From positions 19,251 to 83,250 of the forward strand of contig JAZKFS010000017.1 in the NCBI GenBank assembly GCA_040386315.1: 64,000 nt of DNA, given 5' to 3'. Position numbers and translations under genes: made by a program. This DNA comes from Bacteroidota bacterium (GTDB lineage Bacteria; Bacteroidota; Ignavibacteria; Kapaibacteriales; DASPKH01). Below, piece after piece: positions 10,277 to 18,221 of the stretch (within the stretch, counting starts at the first letter, position 1; each line of letters opens with the position of its first letter). The notes beneath the pieces are model-generated. The model had not been told where the DNA came from. It did no database searches and was given only the letters and a program-made list of their open reading frames with translations.

Positions 10277-10442
10277 TAGTGGGCTATACTATATCCTTAC
10301 ATTAATTATACCATAACCACTGATTCATTTTTTTTATAATAAGCTGCCAGTCTAAGTCCTTATTTACCAAACTCTTGTTATTGCCTTTGTGTTTTCAGGA
10401 ATTAAAATCTTCTGTCTTTTTTACTAAACTGTTAAAAAAAAA

Positions 10443-10482
10443 AGTGTCAGATTATTTTCTCACTGTGAAAATAATCTGACAT
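10443..10482 (-). terminator. Strong hairpin (13-bp perfect stem tcagattattttc/gaaaataatctga) flanked by an A10/T-run
   Basis: Seen directly; downstream of the 10607..12307 gene on the minus strand. Confidence 0.6.
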
Positions 10483-10554
10483 AATTTTAAAAACCAAACC
10501 CCCATCACCGCCTCAACTCAAACCTTCGCTCCAAAGCTCTCTTTTAAAAACAAA

Positions 10555-10583
10555 AAAAGGCAGATCTTTTAAAAATCTGCCTT
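10555..10583 (-). terminator. Rho-independent terminator hairpin aaaggcagat-cttttaaaa-atctgccttt
   Basis: Perfect 10-bp stem with TTTTAAAA loop, 25 bp downstream of the paralog-3 stop. Confidence 0.6.
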
Positions 10584-10606
10584 TCCTTTTAAAATTCTAT
10601 CTATAA

Positions 10607-12307
10607 TTACTCCACCACAAGCTTCCCGCTTTTAAAAACCTCACCGTCTTTTAAAAGCCGGTACACATACGCGCCTTTTGCCTTGCCGGAAAGGTCAATC
10701 ATTGCATTTGCTTCGGTGAGTTCCTTTTTAAAAACGGACTGTCCGTCGAGTGTGTAGATGGTGATGGTCCAGTTGCCGGGCTCGAGATTTGTAATGTGGA
10801 ATTGGCTGGCTGTGGGGTTGGGGAAGATGTTTAATTGGGTTCCAGATTTTGGTTCTTTCTCAATTCCTGTTACTGGAAAATTCATCTTTGCAATAAAAAT
10901 ATCTGCAAGGTCGGTTTTTGAATTAGTTAAAGTTTTAGTTCCAAAATCCACATCGGAACTAAAGAAGCAACCTGTAATAAATATAGAACCTGAACTATCG
11001 GAAGTAATACCAAAACCAAAATCTGAGTTTGTACCACCAACTGACTTTGCAAGTAATATATTTCCAATTGAGTCATACTTTGCAATAAATATATCGTAAA
11101 AAATACCTTTCGTATTTATTAACTTAGTTGAACCCAGAGTGATAGATTGACCTGAGTAATATCCTACTACCCAAGGATGACCAGTAATATCCATATGAAT
11201 ATTATATCCCGATACATTCATATCTCCGGTTGTAGTATTTGCCCACTTAACTCCACCTGATGAGTCATATTTTACAATGAAATAATTAACAAGATAATTT
11301 GTATTATTTTCACTAGAGAAGGTTGAATCGCCGAAGCTAATAGATGTACCATAGAATTCACCGGTTAGATACACATTCCCGTTTTTATCAGCAGTAATTC
11401 CTCTGCTAAATATCATGCTGGTTTCTTTGCTATTTCCTCCGGCAGATTTTGCCCATTTTACTTGACCGTTACTGTCATACTTAACTATAAATAAATCATT
11501 TTTTCCACGACTTTGCAGTGTTATAGTGTCAAAAACAATAGAAGTATTTTTAAAATACCCGGTCACATAAATATTCCCAAAAGTATCAGTAGTAACATTT
11601 TGTGCTACACTTCCTGAAGATTCATCTGCTGAGTGTGCCCACTGCACATTACCATTTATATCATATTTCACTAAAAACATATTGTGATTATCCGCAGATG
11701 TTGTATCTCTCTTTAAAATAAAATTTCCAAAAGTTATTGTCTGACTTTTAAAATAGCCCGTTATATAAATATTTCCGACATTGTCCACGGCAGCATTAAA
11801 CGCAATATCAACACCATTTGAGCCTGCGGATTTAGCCCATATTACATTACCATTGATATCATATTTTGCTACAAATATATTTTCTTTTCCTGGCCATTCA
11901 TTTAATAAAGTAATATTGCCAAAAGTAATAGAAGGACTTTTGAAAATACCAGTAATATAAATATTACCAATTTTATCATATACTATACTATAGCTTTCAT
12001 CCAAGCTATCTCCACCTGCGGATCGTGCCCAAATTACATTCCCACTCTTATCATACTTCGCAATAAATACGTCTTCAGCACCCTTACCATTTAGAACAAA
12101 AGTCCCAAATGTTGCCGATGGACTTGTCATACGTCCGGTTATATAAAGATTGCCATCATTATCGGTAGTTGTACCATAGCTATAATCATTACCTTGCCCG
12201 CCTGCTGATTTTGCCCACTCCCATTCCTGCGCTTGAGCAAAGCTTTTAAAAGAAATAATATTTAAAAGAATCGCTATTGAGAAAAGAAGTTGTCTCAACT
12301 TTTTCAT
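10607..12307 (-). CDS. Secreted beta-propeller-repeat protein with T9SS C-terminal sorting domain (paralog 3)
   Basis: Same architecture; signal peptide MKKLRQLLFSIAILLNIISFKSFAQA. Confidence 0.8.
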   Translation of the reverse strand: MKKLRQLLFSIAILLNIISFKSFAQAQEWEWAKSAGGQGNDYSYGTTTDNDGNLYITGRMTSPSATFGTFVLNGKGAEDVFIAKYDKSGNVIWARSAGGDSLDESYSIVYDKIGNIYITGIFKSPSITFGNITLLNEWPGKENIFVAKYDINGNVIWAKSAGSNGVDIAFNAAVDNVGNIYITGYFKSQTITFGNFILKRDTTSADNHNMFLVKYDINGNVQWAHSADESSGSVAQNVTTDTFGNIYVTGYFKNTSIVFDTITLQSRGKNDLFIVKYDSNGQVKWAKSAGGNSKETSMIFSRGITADKNGNVYLTGEFYGTSISFGDSTFSSENNTNYLVNYFIVKYDSSGGVKWANTTTGDMNVSGYNIHMDITGHPWVVGYYSGQSITLGSTKLINTKGIFYDIFIAKYDSIGNILLAKSVGGTNSDFGFGITSDSSGSIFITGCFFSSDVDFGTKTLTNSKTDLADIFIAKMNFPVTGIEKEPKSGTQLNIFPNPTASQFHITNLEPGNWTITIYTLDGQSVFKKELTEANAMIDLSGKAKGAYVYRLLKDGEVFKSGKLVVE

Positions 12308-12399
12308 AATTGATTTCAGGATAAAAATGGTTGGTGTTAGATTTACTTATTAACAGGTAATAATAATAGTATAATGCTTTTGTTACATTTTAAAACATC

Positions 12400-14079
12400 T
12401 CACCGCCCCAACTCAAACCTCCGCACCTTCGCCCCAAAGCTCTCTTTTCCCAACGCTTTCCCGCTTTTAAAAACATACTTTTTAAAAAGCCGCGCTTTGG
12501 CTTCATGCCACGAGAAGCCCCCGAAATTCACCGCCCACCAGAATAGCCCGCGCGCGCCGTGCTGCTCAAAGAGGATATTGTACGACGTCGGGTGCAGCTT
12601 CGGCACCGCCTGCATTACGTCCTGGTACGACCGCCACGTGACCGTATCGCGAAAAATCTCCTCGCCGATATGCCGCGGCACACGATACAGCACGTCCATG
12701 AACATGTTCATCGCGGAGTTCACCGCGCTCGGCTTGTAATGCTTTTTGCCCACGAGGAACGCCGCGAAATTCGCCATGAGCGACACGTGCGGCTCGTACG
12801 CGTTTATCTTTTTTAAAAACCGTTCTTTAAAAAGTCCATCGTCCAGCGCCGTTTTTAAAAGCGTCGTCGTCCGCTCCAGATTCCGCACAAAACTCCCGAA
12901 ACCGCAGTACGTAAGCGGGGAAGACAGCGCCGCCGCATCGCCAAGCGAAATCACATTGTCGCCCGCCGTCCTGCGCACATTGCTCAAACCCGCGTGGAGA
13001 ATGGACGGAATCACGCCAAACGCCGGACGCCCGATGTCAAAATTCTCGTCCGGTTTTTTGTAATCGTGCAGTGTTTTAAAATAGATCTCGTAGAGATTGA
13101 GGAGCGATTTGTCGCGCTCAGAGTTGATTTCATCATAAAAAAACAGGTACGTCACATATTCCGTCCCGCCACTCGGGAAACCTTCCCAAATGAGCTGCCG
13201 CCCCGTTTCGTCCGCGTCGCCGAGCGTCACGAGGATTTCGCCGATGGAATAATCCACTTCATCGCGCGCAGTGCCTTCTTTAAAATTTTTGGAAATCGCG
13301 CCAACCGTCGGGCAGCAATGCGAAAACGGATTTTTTGGATTTAAAAACCGCGCAATCGGCGAAAACGCGCCCATCATATCTATCAGCACACGGCTTTTTA
13401 AAAGCTCCGTTTTTCCCTCGCGCTCAATCTCCGTCACTGCCCATTCGCCATTCGTGTACGCCTTTTTAAAAGCCGCGCCGTCGAGCATTTCGCCGCCCGC
13501 AGCCAGCAGTTTTTCACGCGCCATTTTTAAAAGCTCATTCGCGCTCACGGCCACGTCCAGCACATTTTCAAACCACAGCGGCTCGGCGTGATAGTCCGCA
13601 TTTTCATCAAAAAACTTCACAAAACCGCCGCGATATTTCCGCACGACAATCCGCTGCAACTCATCCTCCGTCAGGAAACCAATCTCCACGAGCCGCCGCA
13701 GCTCCGGCATCGAAATATTCCAGTCGCGATGCGTAATGCCCACCGTAAACCTGTCAAAAACCAGCACCCGCTTTTTAAAAACGTGCGCCATCACCGCCGC
13801 GTGAAGCGTTGCCAGCCCGCCGCCCGCATACACGAGGTCGTATTCCGCCGTTGATTTTTTAAAAACATCATCAGGAATCTTTTTAAAAATCACCTGCTCA
13901 GGTTTCGCCTCAGCGCGCGCCTTCCACGAGGAGTCCAGCGCCACCAGCCGTTCAAACCAGTACGCGCCGTCCTCCAGCACGCGGAAATTCTTCACCGTGA
14001 GCGGATGCGTCGCCTCGTACTTTTTTAAAAGCGATTCGTCGCCGTGCAGGTTTTGTATATCGTGGGAGCAGGTATTCAT
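12400..14079 (-). CDS. FAD-binding oxidoreductase (lycopene-cyclase / geranylgeranyl-reductase-like fold), function unknown
   Basis: DLVYAGGGLATLHAAVM dinucleotide-binding motif about 90 aa from the N-terminus; 559 aa. Confidence 0.45.
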   Translation of the reverse strand: MNTCSHDIQNLHGDESLLKKYEATHPLTVKNFRVLEDGAYWFERLVALDSSWKARAEAKPEQVIFKKIPDDVFKKSTAEYDLVYAGGGLATLHAAVMAHVFKKRVLVFDRFTVGITHRDWNISMPELRRLVEIGFLTEDELQRIVVRKYRGGFVKFFDENADYHAEPLWFENVLDVAVSANELLKMAREKLLAAGGEMLDGAAFKKAYTNGEWAVTEIEREGKTELLKSRVLIDMMGAFSPIARFLNPKNPFSHCCPTVGAISKNFKEGTARDEVDYSIGEILVTLGDADETGRQLIWEGFPSGGTEYVTYLFFYDEINSERDKSLLNLYEIYFKTLHDYKKPDENFDIGRPAFGVIPSILHAGLSNVRRTAGDNVISLGDAAALSSPLTYCGFGSFVRNLERTTTLLKTALDDGLFKERFLKKINAYEPHVSLMANFAAFLVGKKHYKPSAVNSAMNMFMDVLYRVPRHIGEEIFRDTVTWRSYQDVMQAVPKLHPTSYNILFEQHGARGLFWWAVNFGGFSWHEAKARLFKKYVFKSGKALGKESFGAKVRRFELGR

Positions 14080-14175
14080 TTTTTACAAGGATTTTGTCTG
14101 AACTATGATTTTTAGGATTTGAGGATGTTAGGATTTTTCTTTTTAAAAACTTAACTGTCTGAAAATGAATTGGAG

Positions 14176-14289
14176 AATTCCCCTCCTCGGAGGGGTGCCC
14201 GCAGGGCGGGGAGGGTTACGCCAAAAGGACGCGCCATGCCACCGCCGAACCCTCCCCGGCCTATGGCCGCCCCTCCGAGGAGGGGAATT
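14176..14289. repeat. Family-B nested palindromic element (aattcccctcctcggaggggtgccc … gccgcccctccgaggaggggaatt)
   Basis: Terminal 16-bp hairpins cccctcc-NN-ggagggg at both ends plus an inner ggggagggtt/aaccctcccc inverted pair; second copy at 43960-44074. Confidence 0.75.
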
Positions 14290-14300
14290 AATTTTTTAAA

Positions 14301-14430
14301 CCTCATACTGAGCGGCGTCGAAGTATGAGCGCGTCAGAAGTTCGCGTCAGGTTTTTAAAAGCATTGTTAAACTCACCAGACCTGTTGGAAATTTCGTGCT
14401 TCGACGGCGCTCAGCATGAAATTTTGAATG
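14301..14430. repeat. Family-C palindromic element (catactgagcggcgtcgaagtatga … tcgtgcttcgacggcgctcagcatg)
   Basis: About 25-bp inverted arms around a centre containing gcgtcagaag…tttttaaaag; second copy at 48544-48678. Confidence 0.75.
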
Positions 14431-14519
14431 GCTTTTTATAACTGTATCTCGAACCGCAGCCCACGAAGCTCAAAAGCAACATCGCCATCACGAAAATTCG
14501 CATTACAGCACCTTTTAAA

Positions 14520-14568
14520 AAGGGCTTATCGCCATGCAGGTTTTGTATGTCGTGGGAGCAGTTGTTCA
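14520..14568 (-). repeat. Duplicated fragment of the 5' end of gene 12400..14079 (gene remnant)
   Basis: tcgccatgcaggttttgtatgtcgtgggagcagttgttcat matches 14036-14079 with 4 mismatches, i.e. a second copy of MNxCSHDIQNLHGD. Confidence 0.6.
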
Positions 14569-14580
14569 TTCTTTTAAAAA

Positions 14581-15042
14581 TTATTTAACGGCTGGGATTT
14601 CATCACTCCAAAGAATTGATTTTTGGTATTCAGGGTTTGGTCCCCATTCTATCGGATCTTTTGTGTAAAGAATAATCCCGGCTTTCCATGGAAGGTGTGT
14701 AGTTCCATTGTGCACTAAAACTTTAAAAACATTTGGAAGATTCTTAATTCTTGCTGCTGTTGATAGTGAAAAACCATCTTCTCGGTAATCAGTAATTGTC
14801 CATCCTGTATCAAGTCTATATTGGGTTTCAAATTTAGGAAGTGAATCACCCCACCCACCAAACCAAACATCATCGCTATTTTGCGTGTTACGAAGTTCCA
14901 AAATATAAGTCTGTGGCCCGTTCGGTTCTCTATATGTAGAAATATACTTTAGTTCAAGCGGCTTTTTTTCTAGCGGCGAAGTAGTATCATCACAAGCCGT
15001 TATCAGAAATATGGCTATAAAACTAATTATTGCAGTTTTCAT
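14581..15042 (-). CDS. Hypothetical lipoprotein
   Basis: Signal plus lipobox (FLITAC); 153 aa. Confidence 0.5.
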   Translation of the reverse strand: MKTAIISFIAIFLITACDDTTSPLEKKPLELKYISTYREPNGPQTYILELRNTQNSDDVWFGGWGDSLPKFETQYRLDTGWTITDYREDGFSLSTAARIKNLPNVFKVLVHNGTTHLPWKAGIILYTKDPIEWGPNPEYQKSILWSDEIPAVK

Positions 15043-15093
15043 GGACTCCCTTTAAAATGGTAAATAGTTGGCTGCAAATTACTTTTTAAAAAG

Positions 15094-15777
15094 TTATTTT
15101 TCAAAACTAAATCCTTCAGTTTTTCCTTCGGTTTTCACAACCGCAAACCGCGCAAATAAGTCCTCGCTGTACCACGCTTCCTCGCGGGTGAGCCGTATGA
15201 CCTCGCGGTGCTTTGGCGACCTGTACGCGAAGTCCTTCACGCTTTCCTCGTCGTGCCAGAAGGAGAGTGTTGCCTGGCGGAAAAGGGGCGCTTCGCCGAT
15301 GCCGATGGAGGCAATTCGCCCGCGCGCTGCATCCAGTTCAGCGCTTGTCTCTGGAACGAACTGCCAGAAGCGCCTGAGCCGCTGCGGCCGTATCGTCGCG
15401 CGCGTGAGCACAGCAACCGGAGTTTTTAAAACGATATTCTTATCAGTTTTAAAAGGTGCAACGCCGTCCCATTTTCCGTGCGCCTGAAATGGCTGCAATT
15501 TCACCGTAAAATATTCATCGGAATGTTGTAAAAACTTTTTAAAAAGGGGAGAGCTTTTAAAAAACTCATCAGCGACAACTTCCGATTCCCACACACAGAG
15601 CAAACCGTAACGCGAGAAATCCGGGCGAATGCTAAAGCCATTGCCGCGCCCCGTGCCGAGCATTTTAAAAAACTCGAGCCCGCGCACCCTTTTTAAAAGC
15701 GGCGGCGCAAAGGCCATTTGCGAAAAAGCCCACGCCTTTTGAAAACCGGAATATGAGAAGAGTGTGAATGTGGTCAT
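15094..15777 (-). CDS. Hypothetical protein (227 aa), possibly a di-ABM/monooxygenase-like fold (speculative)
   Basis: ORF only; no firm motif. Confidence 0.4.
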   Translation of the reverse strand: MTTFTLFSYSGFQKAWAFSQMAFAPPLLKRVRGLEFFKMLGTGRGNGFSIRPDFSRYGLLCVWESEVVADEFFKSSPLFKKFLQHSDEYFTVKLQPFQAHGKWDGVAPFKTDKNIVLKTPVAVLTRATIRPQRLRRFWQFVPETSAELDAARGRIASIGIGEAPLFRQATLSFWHDEESVKDFAYRSPKHREVIRLTREEAWYSEDLFARFAVVKTEGKTEGFSFEK

Positions 15778-15835
15778 ACGTTTTTTAAAAACAAACGTAC
15801 GGAATTTTTGGGTGCGGTGATTTTAAAGAGGTTGT
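15716..15835. repeat. Direct repeat copy 1 (about 100 bp) flanking the WG-repeat gene
   Basis: cgaaaaagccca(c/t)(g/a)ccttttgaaaaccggaatat…gtggtcatacgttttttaaaaacaaacgtacggaat is repeated at 17951-18070. Confidence 0.7.
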
Positions 15836-15848
15836 TTTTTAATCTTCG

Positions 15849-17813
15849 TTAATTGTTATACGGATCCATTATTCCATTCGGGTAATATTGCTGCTGTCTC
15901 CAGAATTGACCGGGATTAATACTGCTTTCAAATTCGTTGCTGTACACGGTTATTTCCTTTTTATCTTTACTGACTTCTTTATCCGGGTTAGCGTATTGTA
16001 ATTCTATACGCAGTTTTGTCTTAAAATCTCCTTCATATACAGGTGTCAGGAATGTCCAGTAATAGTTGGGTTCAAGAGTTAATGTATGATAACTATTACC
16101 GCACCAGCTGCTTGGTAAATATTCAATGTCTTTCCATTCACCCTGTTTGTTTTTTGCCTGAACTTTCATGCTCAGCCGGCTGTCCTGAGCGTTAAAAAGA
16201 ACGTTGTTTTTTGATGTATTGGCAACAAATACTTTTCTTGCTTTAAATAAACTAATCGTATCCTCAGCTTCAGATGAAACAATTAGACTTAATGTATTTT
16301 CGGGGAAAGAGCTCGATTCGGAGATTTCAACCGGAATATTACGTGAATTTCCATGCCCGCCAAGGTCATTTTTATGCGGCTTGGAATACGCATAAAAATA
16401 CCCTCTGTTCATAAAATCTATATTGAGTTTTGAAATCTGTTTTGTTGTGTCAGGTGATTTTTGCCAGACTGTTTTTCCTTCAGTATTGATGTAGGATACC
16501 TTGTTGCCAATCATGCAACGCAATACTCCTTTATAAAAACCGGAAAAATCATATTGTTGCATTACAGGTTGAATTATAATGCTTCCGTCTTTTTTAGCCA
16601 TACCATATAATTTGTCATAATGGCTATTATTGTCAGGATTCCAATCGTAGAAATAGAAATAATCACCTGTCATTCCTCTTTCATCTATTCCTTCAAACCG
16701 GGGCTGGATAATAAAATTTTCATTCGTATCAATCAGCCCATATTTACCATTTTTTTTTACAAAAGCCACTCCATTATTAAATCTTTCACCGAGTACATAA
16801 GAATATACATTATCTGAAATGCGCTTCCCTTTAGTATCAATTATAAAGCGCTCATATTTTTCATTTCTGACAAATGCACGATTGTCAGAAAACTCTTCCG
16901 CATAGGTATAATTTGTATCATCAATTACAATCTCACCAGTGGTATTTATAAAGCCGCTATAGTTTTTAGTTGATGTAGAGAGCACACCCTTTTCTTCAGG
17001 TATCCAGTATTTGTAAAGGTTGATTTTTGCAAGTCCGGAGTGTAGATTACCTTCTATCCAGGTGTGGTTTTTGTGACTTTTTGCGAAAAGCAGTTTGCCC
17101 TGTTTATCAATAAATCCTGTTTGTTTAGTGCTGCCATCTTCTGTATCCCAGGATTCCGCTGGTATATCAACCCGGAAATAACCATTTTCAAAATCATAAA
17201 TATTTTCGTATTTCCCAAACGGAACAATGAACTGACCAAGCGTATCAATTATACCCGCCTCAAAGCTTGCAGGAGTTCCTTTTTTTGTATCAGCATAAGG
17301 ATGATGATTTGCTCCATATACGACAGCCAATCCATCATTAAACGGGTTAATTCTGGAAAAAACAGTATCAATGATAAGCGCACCTTTTTTATCAATATAT
17401 CCGACTTTCCCAGTTTCCGTGTATACTTTGGCCATCCCGTCAACAAAGCTTTCTATAAATGGAAAATCCGTTTCAAACTGCTTTTTGCCTTGTTTATTTA
17501 TAAAAAAAGGTTTACCCTCCAGATAGGCTAATGCCAAACCTTCGCTAAAATATGTTGCGTAGTCAAACTGCGGCTTGATAACGAAATTGCCCGTAGCATC
17601 AATAAATCCATACGTCCCATTAATCCTTGCGCTGGCAAGCCCTTCAGAAAATTCACCTGCACTCAAAAACACGGGCTTAATGACAACTTTGCCTGTTGAA
17701 TCAATAAACCCAATTTTCCCATTTTCAAAAATCTGGAAAAGCCTGATTTCGCTCGTCTGACTTTTACAAGTCGTAAAAATCATGGTGAATAATGCTATGA
17801 TGAGATATTTCAT
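15849..17813 (-). CDS. WG-repeat (KWG-type) containing protein, secreted
   Basis: Many repeats of GKxGFIDxxGxxVIxPxF…A..FSEGLA; signal peptide. Confidence 0.7.
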   Translation of the reverse strand: MKYLIIALFTMIFTTCKSQTSEIRLFQIFENGKIGFIDSTGKVVIKPVFLSAGEFSEGLASARINGTYGFIDATGNFVIKPQFDYATYFSEGLALAYLEGKPFFINKQGKKQFETDFPFIESFVDGMAKVYTETGKVGYIDKKGALIIDTVFSRINPFNDGLAVVYGANHHPYADTKKGTPASFEAGIIDTLGQFIVPFGKYENIYDFENGYFRVDIPAESWDTEDGSTKQTGFIDKQGKLLFAKSHKNHTWIEGNLHSGLAKINLYKYWIPEEKGVLSTSTKNYSGFINTTGEIVIDDTNYTYAEEFSDNRAFVRNEKYERFIIDTKGKRISDNVYSYVLGERFNNGVAFVKKNGKYGLIDTNENFIIQPRFEGIDERGMTGDYFYFYDWNPDNNSHYDKLYGMAKKDGSIIIQPVMQQYDFSGFYKGVLRCMIGNKVSYINTEGKTVWQKSPDTTKQISKLNIDFMNRGYFYAYSKPHKNDLGGHGNSRNIPVEISESSSFPENTLSLIVSSEAEDTISLFKARKVFVANTSKNNVLFNAQDSRLSMKVQAKNKQGEWKDIEYLPSSWCGNSYHTLTLEPNYYWTFLTPVYEGDFKTKLRIELQYANPDKEVSKDKKEITVYSNEFESSINPGQFWRQQQYYPNGIMDPYNN

Positions 17814-17950
17814 ATTTTGGGTAGATTTAGGAATTTTAAAAACAGAATTTCCTTGTCCTGATTTTATTAAATATAGAACGAAAATCCGTAATAAAAAATA
17901 TTCCTGACCAACAGAAAGTTGAATTCTTTTAAAACTTTAATGCTTTAAAG

Positions 17951-18070
17951 TACCTGCGAAAAAGCCCATACCTTTTGAAAACCGGAATATCGGAAGAGTG
18001 TGAATGTGGTCATACGTTTTTTAAAAACAAACGTACGGAATCTTTTGATAGGGTTAATTTAAAAAAAAAA
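17951..18070. repeat. Direct repeat copy 2 (duplicate of the 5' end and upstream region of gene 15094..15777)
   Basis: Near-identical to 15716-15835. Confidence 0.7.
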
Positions 18071-18124
18071 CCGTTTTTTAAAACTCCTGTTTTTAAAAAA
18101 TTCGCGACGCATTTCTTTTAAAAA

Positions 18125-18160
18125 CAAAAAAGGGATCTGTTTTTACAACAGATCCTTTTT
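18125..18160. terminator. Bidirectional terminator-like hairpin aaaaaagggatctgtt…aacagatcctttttt
   Basis: Perfect inverted repeat with A-run and T-run flanks, downstream of the multicopper oxidase gene. Confidence 0.6.
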
Positions 18161-18221
18161 TGTTTTAGTTTTTCTTTAGTATTCTACTCTCTCTCGTGCT
18201 TTTATTAAATTTTTTCAGCCG

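Noticed and set aside
14176-14430. Possible CRISPR array (repeated palindromic units)
   Set aside because: The repeats are long (more than 100 bp), internally palindromic, dispersed as single or paired copies, and not separated by regular unique spacers. No cas genes are present
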